Positions 12,418 to 25,600 of a stretch of DNA of 64,000 nt are shown here, piece by piece. Under the pieces are notes generated by a model that did not search any database, was not told where the DNA came from, and saw only the letters and a program-made list of their open reading frames with translations. Position numbers and translations under genes: made by a program. The DNA is from Paraspadella gotoi (Eukaryota; Animalia; Chaetognatha), in the NCBI GenBank assembly GCA_051294375.1, contig CM119266.1:26382153-26446152 (forward strand), read 5' to 3'. Each line of letters begins with the position of its first letter. Position 1 is the first letter of the stretch.

Positions 12418-14881
12418 CAGAGATGTGGAAGCGTCGATTTTTCCGCCGCTGCCAATCCGGCGCTTCCAAGACCCTCACCGCTCCCGTTTTCGGGTGCAAT
12501 CCTTACTTTTTTAGCCCGGATCGCTTTCGGTTTTGAGTGCACATCGCTTCCTTTCTTTAGAAATTTTACATTTGTTATTATTTATAAAAATACTCTTTTT
12601 AGACATGTAATTCATTGGTAAAATAATTTTAAACAATCTTTTTTGGTAACAAATAACAAGTAAAATTTTTACTATGAAAAATTGTAAGATTTGTAAGATT
12701 GTAAGAATCGTTCGAGTGGAAATGAGTTTAAATGAAAAAAAAACAAAAAACCTTTTTCCCTATTTGCTTTTTTCTTTTTTATTAAATATAATATAAGCTG
12801 CATAGTTATTCAATTAATCAATTAATTAATCAATCAATTAATTAACTAAACACTAATCAATCAAAATTACTTAAAAAATAATGAATCAATTTTTTTATCA
12901 ATCAATCAATTAAATAAATAAATTATCAATCAACTAATTAATAAATTTATTTATCAATAAAATTATTAAAGAACCAATTAATTAATTAATCAATTAATTA
13001 ATCAATCAATTAAACAATGTCAGTATTATCATTGTCATCTCCAACATCGTTTTTGCTTTTGTCCTGGTCAGTGACCTGACAAAAAGACCTAAAAATTAAC
13101 AGGCCTGATATGAATTTATTTATTTGATCAATCAATCATTCAATTAATCATAATGGTGCTATCCTGTTGTCATCATAATCATCATCAGGGTAGTCATTTC
13201 TTTTGTCATAATGAAAAGACAAAAAAAACAAACAAGTTTGAGCTAACAATTGTCAGAACTGATCAGTTAATTAATTATTCAATCAATTAATCAAATATTC
13301 AATCAATCAATCAAAAAATTAAGCAATCAATCAATTTGTCATTGTCGGTATTATCATTGTCGTGGTTGCCATCATTAATTATTTAATTAATTAAACTCCT
13401 TTATCTTTGTTGGACATTGCAAAAATGTATCTTTATTATTATTTTATCCCTGTTGTTTTGTTTCTCTCTCTCACTCTCTCTCTCTCTCTTTAACAAGTTC
13501 CTTCTTTTCACAACTCACTCAATCTCCCTTACCTTCAACCTGTCCTCACATCTGACCACTATTCTGTCTCACCACTTTGTTGGAAAAACTTTTACCCTCT
13601 CTCTCTCTCACACTCTTCGTTTACACAAATTTATTATTGAATGTCATATGCTGATGAAGGCTTGAAGTAAACAAACCGAAACATGTCCAACTATTAATTA
13701 AAAATCGTTGTTACAAATTCAAAATTCTTTGCTTTCTCTAAATTAATTAATTGAAATATTTTTATAATGTTTGCGGTGACTCAAAACAAAAATTTTTTAA
13801 AAAATTTGAGGCGTGTTTTTGTGATAAAGAAAACCTGGTATTGTCAAAAACAGTAAAAAAGTAAAAATGATAAAAATAATAACAACAACAACTAGTATTT
13901 ACATTGGCTGAGAAAAAGGTCATCCATAACAAGATTGGGTAAAAATAGGTCATTCTTATTGACCACTACTGTACTACGGCTCACAAAGTACAAGTATTAT
14001 TTTAATTAATTAATATGTAATTAATTAAATAATTTATTTTTATTCAATTAATTAATCAATTAATTACCGCTAATGATCGTGGGCAGATCCGGCATTGTTT
14101 GCTCAAACTTGTTTATTAATAATTTTGATTTATTTATTTTATATATTTTTTTATTGCTTTTTTGTTCAGTGCAAGAGGGGAAGAAAGAAAGAAGATAGAG
14201 AGTGTGTTGTTAGAGATTTAAGTATGTATAAGCATAATATTATGCAATATTGCAATAAAACAGATCAATCCTTTTGGTTTAAACTTGTTGTTGTAACATG
14301 AAAAACGTTATGGATTTTAAAAAAAAAAGACTTAAATTTAAAAGAAAAAATAATAAAATATAAGAAAATAAATTTTTAATTTATATGAATTAAAAAAGTT
14401 TAATTTAAAATTATAATTTACTTAATTACGTTTTTTTCAGATAGAAAAAATCTTTTTTTCAGCTCAGATTTTATTTAAATATATTAAAAAGAATAATTAA
14501 AAAAATAAATATGTAAATTTTTCATAGATTTTCGACCAAAGAGGAAAAAAGAATAAAAGAAAAAAAATAAAAGAAGAGAATAAGAAAAATTGAATAAAAA
14601 AATTAGGAGCAAACTATTTTAAATGTTGAAAATAAATATTAAAAATAAATTTTTAAAGAAAAATCAAGAAAGAGCAGGGGGTTGCAAAGATTTTAATACA
14701 TTAAATACCTTTCTTTCTAACCAATAAAAACAAATGACCAGGAAGCGAACACGCAGGGTTATTATAGCTTCCGGGTTCAATCCTTTCTCAATTTTTCTAT
14801 CGCTCCCGGTTTCGGGTTCTTCAAAAATCGGCCGCTTCCACAGTGTTCGCTTACGCTTTCCAGATCGCGTCCACATCTCTG
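12418..14881. mobile_element. Non-autonomous hAT element containing nested repeats
   Basis: TIRs CAGAGATGTGGAAGCG / CGCGTCCACATCTCTG, exact 8-bp TSD GTACTGAT; contains HINE sequence and a PLE hammerhead repeat. Confidence 0.85.
13645..13692 (+). ncRNA. Degenerate hammerhead ribozyme motif in a PLE-derived repeat
   Basis: CTGATGA-A-GGCTTG-aagtaaa-CAAACC-GAAACATGTC; the flanking repeat (about 13460-13750) is shared with about 890-1390 and 41415-41850. Confidence 0.55.
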
Positions 14882-15904
14882 GTACTGATAACAGTTAGCA
14901 ACATTTGTTAAAAGTTTTTTTGTATCACTCCAGATTGAAGTCCCTATATTGAAAATTATTATGTACGTATTTTTGAAAAAAAATTTTTCTTAGGACAAAA
15001 TTTTATCCCAGCTGCAAAAAAAAATGTCATTAAGAATTATCTCCTATATGTATTTACTGCGCAAAAAGATTGCTTAGATTAGGGAATGGAACAATCCTGA
15101 ACATGGCCTGATGCAAAGGTTTCCACATAGAACAATCCATCTGACGCACAATTATGACGTCATGCGTGTTAGTCTTAAGGATGAAGTTCACCATTTCCTG
15201 CTGACGTCAGCTTTTGCGACGCAATTTGAAAAAAAAAAATCACTAATAATTATTTAATATTAATCTATTTCATTTATACAATTCCTTATTATATTAAATT
15301 CATTCATTTTTTTTCTTTCTCTCGTTCACTCTCTCATTCTAACATACTTTTTCTTGCATCAAAGTTGGTTATTCGTCTTTCGCGTTTTATTCATAATAAG
15401 TACTTTTAGGATTTTTTTTTTAAATTCGGAGAATACGCAATTTAACTTGTTTCGTCCTTGACTTATTTCCCCAGGGCCCGGCCGGCTAACAGGGATGGGC
15501 CGCGTCTCGACCGGTATTTTAAATTGATTCGATGGGGGGACGCGAAAAAAGACGCCAATCTAACTTTCCCGCCCTTTTTTCATTGGGCTTCCACCACGAA
15601 ATCCCTTAGCCCTCTTGAACACATGCTCTAGTATCTCTCGTTTATTTACTTATCCCCTCGATCATCGTGACATTAAAGTGAGAAGTGTTAAAAATGAAAG
15701 AATCTCCTCTCCCCGAGGACGAAGCACTCGTCATCATCGCCGCCAGTTGGAAGTCTCGAGGACATTCCTCTCCCCGAAAGCTCGTGTCTTTGCCCAAAAG
15801 AAAAGATTAGCTACTTAGCGGTTTTTCCCACGGAAAATGCAGAGAACTCCACTCGAGGATCGCCTCGGCTTCCGCCATTTAATTCCGTTCGTGTTTACCG
15901 TTGA

Positions 15905-15965
15905 CCTGGACCAATGAAAAGCTCGGAGGGACTCTCGCACCAAATTGGCTCGGACCAATCAGAAG
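15905..15965 (+). promoter_or_regulatory. CCAAT-box cluster, probable spinster promoter
   Basis: GGACCAATGA, ATTGGCT and GGACCAATCAG within ~55 bp, in a CpG-richer region ~600 bp upstream of the spinster ATG. Two perfect CRE octamers TGACGTCA lie further upstream (15155-15162, 15202-15209). Confidence 0.4.
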
Positions 15966-16544
15966 ACTCAAAAAGATCGGACCACTTTTTTTTTTCGCTC
16001 GGAAACAAGACGAACGAGCGAACGCGGATCACGCCACTTCTAAAGCTTCCACTACGGTTTTTGCTGTGATAAAATTTATACGCGAAGCAAAAAGTTGTTA
16101 ACCTCCCTATTTTGGCTTTGTCCGTAATTTTCTTAGCCGTGACTTCTTGTGTGCATTTAGTTGAAAGGATTTCCAAAAATTCCTCAACCAGCGTTCCAAC
16201 TTTTTTGAGACATCATAACCGTTTTCATCCGGGAGGGCATCGGACGATGTCCTCCCTCGCTTTCGAGGTTTATCATTCCATGTTTTACGTTTCTCGTTCG
16301 AGAAATTTTGTCTACTCTTAGTCAATTCTGTTAACGTGGCGTCCACAATACATAAGATATTAATTAATAATTGTGAATAGCAATCTTGGTAACTAATTTT
16401 TTTTGGATTTTCTGGCGCAGATATTTCTATATTTAAACTAACTGCACCCGAAGGAATAACTGTAATCGCTGAGACTATTTTTCAAGGCTTCCCCCTCCCC
16501 TCGTCTTGCCTTTTCTTTAATTTTTGCTCTTCGACTCCGAAGTC

Positions 16545-18503
16545 ATGAAATCATCGCCGTACCACCCCGTTCCCGCGGTGGAGACTCCGTCTCCGCCGGA
16601 AATCGACGTAACCGACTTGGCGCCTCCCTTTCGCAAAGCCACCCCGGGCAAATTCATCGACTGCCTCGTCCTTTCGGACGGCGCCAACGTACGGTTCCCT
16701 TTTCTACCCTCCGGCTACCACGCCGCCACTGACCGCGCCAACATGCAGCTTGCGGACGGCATCGTCGGATCCCTCCCTTTTAACGACGAAACTCTCATCG
16801 TTGATCCCGAAACTGGCGCAATCGTTCCTCTAGTCACGGCGGCGGAAATCGGCGCCATAACGACGACGCGCCTCCCTCTTCCGCCTCTGCGGAAGCAAAT
16901 ACACGGGGGAAGCGAATCCTCCAACTTTTCATACTCGAACGGGTCGTCGAACTCAACGATAGACCAACCAGTGAACGCGCTGACGGCGCGCAAGCTAATC
17001 GTCGTCTTCCTTCTTTTCTTCGTTAACTTGCTCAACTACGTGGACCGTTACACCATCGCCGGCGTCCTTGAGGACGTGATGGCCTTCTACCAGATCGGCA
17101 AGAGCCTCGGCGGGCTCATTCAGACGGTCTTCATCGTAGCTTACATGCTTTTCGCCCCTTTTTTCGGCTACCTCGGCGACCGATATAACCGCGTAGTCAT
17201 TTTGGTCTTCGGTATCGGGTTCTGGTCGCTCACGACGCTCCTTGGTTCCTTCGTTCCGGCGGGATACTTCTGGATTTTCGCGCTTCTTCGCGGCGCCGTC
17301 GGCGTCGGCGAGGCATCGTACTCGACCGTTGCTCCGACGCTCATTGCAGATCTCTTTTCTGGCAAATTGCGTACGACCATGTTGACCCTTTTCTACTTTG
17401 CCATCCCCGTCGGCAGCGGTCTTGGTTACATCGTCGGATCCCACGTCCGGGATGCCTTTGGACACTGGCAATGGGCGTTACGGGTCACGCCCACACTTGG
17501 CGCCCTCAGCGTGGCGCTGTTGATGGCCTTTGTTCGAGAACCATCTCGGGGCGCGTCTGACGGTGGTCACGCTCAGCACGCTTCGTCCTCCTGGCTTAAA
17601 GATCTCAAGGCACTCGCCCGCAACAAGTCGTTCACCCTCTCGACAGGAGGTTTCACCGCTGTTTGCTTTGTCTCGGGCGCCCTCGCCCACTGGACGCCCT
17701 ACTTGACCAAACTAGCCTACGACGTTCGTGGCGAGCACGCCGGCGACGTGGCGCTCATCTTCGGCGGCATCACCGTCGCCGCAGGAATCGGTGGCGTCAT
17801 CAGCGGCAGCGTCTTTTCGCGCGTTTGGAAGGCGCACGGTCGAGAATCGGCCGACGCTCTTGTGTGCGCCATCGGCCTGCTGCTCTGCGCCCCTTTTCTC
17901 CTCGCGGTCATCCTGACGTCGCTGGGCCACGCCGCCGTCTTTTGGGTCCTCGTCTTCGTCGCCGAATTCTTCCTCTGCCTCAATTGGGCGGTCGTTGCAG
18001 ACATCCTTTTCTACGTTGTTGTGCCGACCCGAAGGTCGACGGCAGAGGCATTTCAGATCCTCATCTCGCACCTGTTTGGCGACGCGGGTTCGCCTTACCT
18101 GGTCGGTTTGGTGGCGGACGCTATTGGCTCGGGCGAGGAGACTCCTCTCGCCATGTTTCAACCTCTCAAGCAGTCACTCTACATGACGGTGATCGTCTGC
18201 GGTATCGGGGGCTTCCTCTTTCTCCTATGCGCCTCGTACATCGTCGGTGACAAACGACGCGCCGAGCGAATGACCAAGCTAAACGAGTTGGGCGTCATGG
18301 AGGAGGCGGAGGCGCAAACCAGCGACGCCGCCCTCGACAAAAACTTTCCCGTCGACGTCGTCGTCACTGACGTGGGTCGGAGCAAGGACTTGCTGCTGCC
18401 GCCCAAGCAAGACCGGATGGCGGAGCTGAGAAACGATTCCCAGTGCTCCACTGCCACGGCAAACAGCGTTGATTCTGTTGGAACAGAAAACTCTCAATTC
18501 TGA
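16545..18503 (+). CDS. spin: Spinster-family lysosomal MFS transporter (SPNS1-like), intronless CDS, ~652 aa
   Basis: One open frame from ATG 16545 (the ORF track starts at TTG 16524). Spinster motifs: NLLNYVDRYTIAGVL, APFFGYLGDRYNR, RGAVGVGEASYSTVAPTLIADLF, FYFAIPVGSGLGYIVGS, WQWALRVTP, NWAVVADILFYVVVPTRRSTAEAFQILISHLFGDAGSPYLVG. Multiple hydrophobic segments consistent with a 12-TM MFS fold. Confidence 0.95.
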   Translation: MKSSPYHPVPAVETPSPPEIDVTDLAPPFRKATPGKFIDCLVLSDGANVRFPFLPSGYHAATDRANMQLADGIVGSLPFNDETLIVDPETGAIVPLVTAAEIGAITTTRLPLPPLRKQIHGGSESSNFSYSNGSSNSTIDQPVNALTARKLIVVFLLFFVNLLNYVDRYTIAGVLEDVMAFYQIGKSLGGLIQTVFIVAYMLFAPFFGYLGDRYNRVVILVFGIGFWSLTTLLGSFVPAGYFWIFALLRGAVGVGEASYSTVAPTLIADLFSGKLRTTMLTLFYFAIPVGSGLGYIVGSHVRDAFGHWQWALRVTPTLGALSVALLMAFVREPSRGASDGGHAQHASSSWLKDLKALARNKSFTLSTGGFTAVCFVSGALAHWTPYLTKLAYDVRGEHAGDVALIFGGITVAAGIGGVISGSVFSRVWKAHGRESADALVCAIGLLLCAPFLLAVILTSLGHAAVFWVLVFVAEFFLCLNWAVVADILFYVVVPTRRSTAEAFQILISHLFGDAGSPYLVGLVADAIGSGEETPLAMFQPLKQSLYMTVIVCGIGGFLFLLCASYIVGDKRRAERMTKLNELGVMEEAEAQTSDAALDKNFPVDVVVTDVGRSKDLLLPPKQDRMAELRNDSQCSTATANSVDSVGTENSQF

Positions 18504-19649
18504 CCCGCATAAGGTTGCAAACCGAAAGATCGAGATTCTCTTTCATGATTAACGTCGAGCCAATAGCACGTGATATTTGTAATTGCGTTTTATTTTTCCC
18601 CACTTTTTTACTCATAACAATTTTTTATCCAAAAAAATTTAAAACAAATCATGTCTGCTAGTCTCAGAAATAGGAAAAATTAGATATTTTTTTAAAATTT
18701 CGCTTTAAAGCTTAAGAGGTCATCATGACTATAAATTGATAGAATTTTATCCCGAATTTTAAAGTGTTAAAGTAAAACTATGCTAAAGCCTGATTCTCAA
18801 CTACTGAACAGTAAAGAATCTTCTTTTATGATCACCTTTAAATATTTTTTGAAGAATTTTAGTTTTTTTCTGCTCAATTCAAAAAAATTATCTGTTAACA
18901 ATCTCTCGCCATTATCATTCTAACTTTGTCTCGCTCTTAGCGAAGTGTTTGTGCCAAACTTTGTTTTTCAAAAAATAGTTAATTTATAAAAAAAAATGTA
19001 AAATTCGAAAGAGTTGGGTATTTCTAAGACTAATTTACCATACATATAAGATTTTTTATAATAAGAGTATGAACCTCCTCTGCAACTTATAATTTATATT
19101 TGTAGTACTCTTATTCTGTTGCACTATAAGAAACTTTATTCGCTTTCCTTTTTATTTTTGTTATTATTTCATAATACTTTTCTTTCTTATCAATGTTAGT
19201 CAATAAAAATAAATCGTTTTTGAACTATAATACGATTCTAATAGCACAATTCTTTTTTGCTGTGAATTCCCATTAAGATATATATCGATCCCTTTTTGTG
19301 TTTCCAATTCTTACCTTTTTTCTTTTGTTAAAATAGGAATAACCGAAACTCTATCAATGACAAACCATTTGAAACACCAAACCTCTGAACTTCTCATTAA
19401 TCAAGAATCATTTTGTAATCGATCTCGAAGTCACTATAATTATAAATATCCGCGCTTCTTAGACGCGCTTCTACCTCAAGTCAAATAATATTCGCGTTTT
19501 CTCATTCCGAGTCAGTTTTTGTGGATTCCGTGATAATTCACATTCCATTCGCCGTCAGAATAAATAAATATAATTAAATTATCCTACGGTTTTTTTCGAT
19601 CACCGTCAAAATTTTACTTCTAGCACACAATCCCGCCGTCCTTAATAGG

Positions 19650-22600
19650 ATGGATCGCGCCGACGTGAAGGTAGGAGGAAACTTTGTGGTCCAAGTCTGA
19701 CTCGTGTACGCGTAAACGTTGACACATCTCTAATCTCTTCTCACCAATTTTACTATGTAGGATGATTATAGTGTCGCCCAGGTCGACTTGAAACGCTCGT
19801 CTACTTCAAAGATGAAAGTCAATGGGAAAACCTACCACGTCGCTCAAGATTCCTTGAAGCGTCAATCTATTCAAGAAGTACGTTGCCTCAACGATTTCAC
19901 CCAACTAAACTTGTTGAAATTATCTCTTAACGTCGACTTTCTTATCAGGCTGACGGATCCCGCGTCTCAAGTCTTTGTCCCGACGGAGAATTGACCACGA
20001 AGCCCTTCGGCGAATGCAGCACGCTCACCGAATGTTTTCTCCGCGGTCTTCGTCTCTCGGAGGCCGACGGAATCTCTGGTCGCTGTCTCGGATGGCGCCC
20101 GGGTCCAGATCAGCCGTACAAATGGTTATCTTATCGCGAAGTGTACCAAAGAGCCAAAAATTTCGGCGCGGGTAAACTCTTTGCTTGGATTGGTCATTAG
20201 AGTGATGTGAAAATGATAAAATTTTAGAAAATTAAAATTTAGCATATAAAACATGAACATAAAATCCATTAAAAATACTTCAGTAAATTTATTTTTTAAT
20301 TTTATACATTAGTGGGCACCAGTGAGCTATATTTATATATAGTAATAAGTATATAATAGGCTAAAATTTTAAAATACAAATTTTTTAATTTTTAGATCGG
20401 ATTTGGATTCCTTGCAAAAAGTTAATACAAGAGAAGAAAATATAATTCTTTTTTAAAAAATCTTTCATTAAGTTAGTCAAAAATGTAAAAAACTATATTT
20501 AAGATACTGATTTTTAATTTCCAGCTTAAAAATATAGTTTTTTGTAATTTTAACCTACTTAATGACATAATTTTTGAAAAATATTTATATTTTCTTTTAT
20601 CAACTTTTAACGAGGAATCTGAATCTGTCCTCAGAATTCAAAAAAAAACATTTTTAAATTTTGACATTATATAAGGGTAGTACTATATACAAAATAAGCT
20701 GACGGGGCTACTATATTTGTAAAAAAAAAAAAATAATTACAGATTAGTATTCAATAATATGATAGTTTTCAAGATATAATTGCTAAATTTTAATTCCGAA
20801 CTTTCACTTCACCCTATTGGTCATGTTTTGTCGAAATCTAACTGAAAGAGTATCTTCAACTCACATGTTCAAGATCGAATTTTTATAATTCTATAAATCT
20901 AATAATTTATGGATACATATTTACAATAATAATAATAATAATATTTAAATATTTATAATAATTCTTTCAGGCTTGGTTCACAAAGGTTTGAACACAATTT
21001 CAAAGCCTTTCTTGGGAATATATTCGCAAAACCGTTCTCAATGGATGATCGCGGCTGAAGGGGCGTGGATGAATTCTCTTGCAATCGTACCCCTTTATGA
21101 TACTCTTGGTCCGGAAGCTTGCGCTTATATCGTCAATCAGGTTCTTTTTGTTCCATTTAACTTCGCAACATTTAAGGATTGTGGTTGTCCGCGTCCGTTT
21201 GTTGTTCCTTCTCCCTATTAAGAAAAAGGGTCATTCAATTCAACTTTAAAATAGGCTAAAATGGAGTACAAATTCAGAAAGCTGAGCTCCTGGCGATTCC
21301 GAAAATGTATTCACTTTAAGCATTTGATGCATTCTACCCCATTTTATATCGGTTTTAATTATAATATAAAATAAAAGAAACCTATCTGAAGAGTTGCAGG
21401 TCAAACGAAAAGGCCAATCCACCTGATATTTTTTATGAATTTTTTATTACTGAATTAGAAAAATGTAATAGAGAGACATTTTTAAATTTCAACTTGTATC
21501 CTTGAAAATGAAACGTTTTTAAACTTTAACCCTGAATTCTTTCTAACTGGAACGCGTTTATCAAAATGTCAAAATTTTTACAAATGTTTTTAAGATTGCT
21601 AATCAAATTTTTAATTCAATATTATTGCAGTCGTTTAGGCTGCAACTCTTCAAATTCAGTGTAGATTCATTGTAGCTCGAATTTCTTTACCATCTATTTA
21701 ACTGAAGATTTTGTTCATGACTGGAAAACCAACAGAGTAACGAGATTAATTGCTTAATTCTCCCCTTCTAAATTATCCCATACCGTGTTTTAACTTCTTA
21801 CCTAGAATTTTTTAACAACCAGATTAAAAAACAAATCTTTAGAAAATGTTTTTACCCATTTAACTTAACAATTTTGTTATTTACCCATTTAAAAAAAATT
21901 ATTGAAAACGGAATGTTTACATATAAATAAGAACTTATTTTTTTGTGATTACTGATGACTATAATGTATTTCTCGATATATTAGCTCTAACACATCAATG
22001 ATTACGTATTGTTATGCTGAATGACCTTTCCTCTTAAATCAGCTTCATAACTTTTTTCTGTTTTAATTTTTTAAACTGTTGCATTATCTTTTTTTTCGAT
22101 ATCTTTCTGGTTTTCTTATTCTCGGCCGGAAGGTCTCTCTGTCTCATATTATATGATATTTTTTACTGAATTAAAAATAAATTATCGCCGGACGACATAT
22201 GGCCACGACTTAGTAGCGAAATATGGCCACGACTTAGTAGCGAAATATATTCCGTATATCCGAATATTCCCAATATTACGAGGGTCTCTATTATTTTTCA
22301 AAGATTTTTTTTATCCTTTTTGTTTTTTTTATGGCGTTTTTGATGAAAGATGAAATTATTTTTTTCATATTTGGACTACTAGGCGGAACTTTGCACAGTA
22401 TTATGTGACACAGCCGATCGGGCACGCCATCTGGTTTCTATTGCGAAGAAGGCCCAAGAAGAGAACGCCCCGCGACGGCTCCAACGCGTGATTCTGGTTG
22501 AGGAACCCGGGGCCAAGTTAATGGAAGAAGCTGAAGCTTGTCAAGTTCAAATCTGTTCTTTTGAAGAGGCAAGGAAGAGACGATCGCTTTTCTTATCATG

Positions 22601-25600
22601 TCAAAAAATTATCTCGATGTCATTGAATACATTAATAATATACTGGTTAATATATTGGTTGTACCAATTTCATACAAACTGCTAGGTTCTATTTTTAACT
22701 TTTTAACTTCATTTAGATTCTGACACTTGGTGCCGTTCATCCGGTGGAGTCATTGCCTAAATCTTCCGATCTCGCTGTCGTCTGTTACACGAGCGGAACT
22801 ACTGGAAATCCAAAGGTTCGGCAAGGAAATCGTTTTGCTTTCGCCCAGACGTCCCTATGAAACCTCAAATCTTTCTGTAAACAATTAAATTCCCTTTGTA
22901 GGGCGCCATGATTACGCATGGCAACTACTGCTCCACTGCTGCCGGTGTTATCTCTCACATGTCCCAAGGAATCTGGCGGGACATTTACAAATTCGGAGTT
23001 GACGACTGTCATCTCTCTTACCTTCCTCTCGCCCACACTTTTGAACAGGTACGGTAGTGTTGGGTCGAATTAATTGTTTTTTGAAGTAGAGGCAAATCAA
23101 AGAACCGGAATATTTAAGTAATAACCATTAACCATTATTATTTTATGAGTTAAGTTTTTTTAATTGTATAGGTTGTTATAAACACGATGATCGCCCACGG
23201 GAGCTCGATCGGATTTTTTCAGGGGAATATTAAACTGCTTACCGACGACCTGCAGACCTTGAGACCGACTATTTTTCCGACCGTGCCGAGACTTCTAAAC
23301 CGTATCTATGACGGCGTAATGAATAAGGCTAAAGGTAAGTATCTCTCCAAAGCAATGAAGAATTCTGTGCATTTTGAATTCGTTTTTAGTTGGTTCTGCT
23401 TATCCCGACTCTATACTCTATATTATAAAATGAGGTACTGAAGAAACAATAATTATTGTTATGAGTTAATGACAGAACCGTTCAATATAAGCTGTCCTTG
23501 AGCTTCGGATCAGGCTGTAACTTCGTGTTACAGGCGGGTTAAGACCCCCGTCCCTCGTTAGGCGACCACCGGTAGATACCTCACTCGAGAGCCAATATTA
23601 GTTTATTTTTTTATATATTTTTATGCCGGTCCCTGGAGGATGATATCAATATTCACTTGCAAAAAACCGTTTTTAAATTCCTACAATGGTTTCCGAGATA
23701 TAGTCATAAACGTCAGCCTTGAAAGGCAAAATTTGTCAGAATAAAATTTTCGAGTTTCTTCTTAGATTTCTGACGCGCTAGTACAAACTATTTAAAAAAA
23801 AGAGAAAACGTTTTGCTGATTTCTTCCAGCATAATCCATAAATGTGTAAGACGATGGGTAAACCTGAAAGTGATATGTCTCTAGAGGACGGAAAATTTTT
23901 CTTTTAAAAGTTTTATTTTAAGTTTTATTTTAAAATTTAGGTATTGTAACCCCAAATAGGATAAATTGAGATACTCCCGCTTTGCTGAAATTTTTATTTA
24001 ACAAAGATTTGTACTGCGTAGTTCAAATCCTTAGTTCTCTCACGGTAAAAAAAGTTATTTTCTTAAATAACTTTGGAAAGAAAAGAGGTAGGAAAGTGGG
24101 TGAGGTATTAAATTAAAGCCCTAATCATTGGACACCTCTCTGAAATAGTTTTATTAAATTTTATCCATAAATCTTTACACAGCTTTTATTTAAATCGAGA
24201 GTTAAAAGTATAACAGTTTTTTGCATTAAAAATTTCAATGAAGGCATGTGAAATTTTTCTTCTTTCGTAATTTGAAAAGGAAAGACTAAATTACATTTTG
24301 ATTACCATTAAATTTGCTCTTACTCTATAAATTTGCTTGTATTTTTTAGTTAAAGTAAAAAACAAGCAAAAATTTATGAAGTAGCTGGATAAAATGTTTT
24401 TTTTTAAATATGAAAAATGATAAATACAAAAATTATTTTCAGATTGATATAAACAGTCTGGACGTCTACCTTCTTGTCTGTGAAAAAAAAATTGTCATTT
24501 TTCATTATCTTCAACTGCAAACAAAAAGCTTGACACGCTGCTTGTTTATCATAATAAAATTTTTAAAAAATTACATAGCTGGTGACATATTTGACAAAGC
24601 AAGACATCATTGTGTTTATTTGTATTGATAATTTTCTTTTTAATATAACAACCTTTATACAAGGAATTTAATTCTTTTACTTATCATCCGTTTAAATTAA
24701 GAAAAAAAATTTCGCGGAATAGCCCATTGGAAAGGGTTCATTGACTGACTTAATGATCGAATTTTTTAGGTTTCTTTACTGCCCCCATTTCACAAGACAT
24801 AAAAGGTCATGATTATCATGTCAGTATGTCCAGATTATCTGTACCCTTTCTGCAACCTGCATTCTGAATTTTCTTTTTTCCCTTTCAAATGTATTAAATA
24901 AAAAAAATTATTTGAGAGAACGATTGGCGTGGAGGATGCCATTGGTAAGCCTTAGTTACCCCACTTCCCGATCAAATTTTTAAACGAGGTTTTTTTTCCA
25001 TCTATTCGAGACATAACACTAACTATTGGTACTATTAATTTTTTATTTTTTCATGAAATTTTGCGTAATCAGAGAAACGTTTAGCGTGTCAAAAAATATG
25101 GAAAAAAAAGAGAAAAACGTTTCTGACAAATTTAAAAATTTATGGAGGAATCTACCACCGGGCTAGAACCCCGGACCTTTGGGTTTGCAGGCGAATGACT
25201 TGCCTCCGGCACCAATGGCCACTGATGAATGGTTGGTGGATTTTAGTTCACCATAGTACCCCCTTTTTGTGACCAGAACACGTTCCGAGAAAACTACTGG
25301 ACCTAATTTGTTAAAATTTGGTATGAACGATCCCTATGTGAATATAAATAGAACTATCCAGGCGAATTTCAATTTTTGACCCCTGAGCCGAGATATGGGC
25401 CCCTGGATGGGGTTTCAGCTTCATGAAAATCAACGGTTCCAGTCAGATGTGGAATAATTCGGGAAAATTGTGAGAAAAACATTGAAACATCTTCAAACAA
25501 CGATTAATTCTAAAACAAAAATTTACCAATTTAAGTTTTAAAAAAGTTTTTTATATTTTTAAGACATCAATGAACCTGATGCTACTAAAAAACTATAAAA

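Noticed and set aside
16107-16346. Minus-strand 79-aa ORF upstream of spinster as a divergent gene
   Set aside because: GTG start, no recognisable similarity or splice chain; more likely promoter or 5' UTR sequence.
16715-18615. Numerous overlapping alternative-frame and antisense ORFs over spinster
   Set aside because: Expected shadows of a GC-rich CDS.
22197-22248. Perfect 24-bp tandem duplication in an ACSL intron
   Set aside because: A simple local duplication with no further structure.
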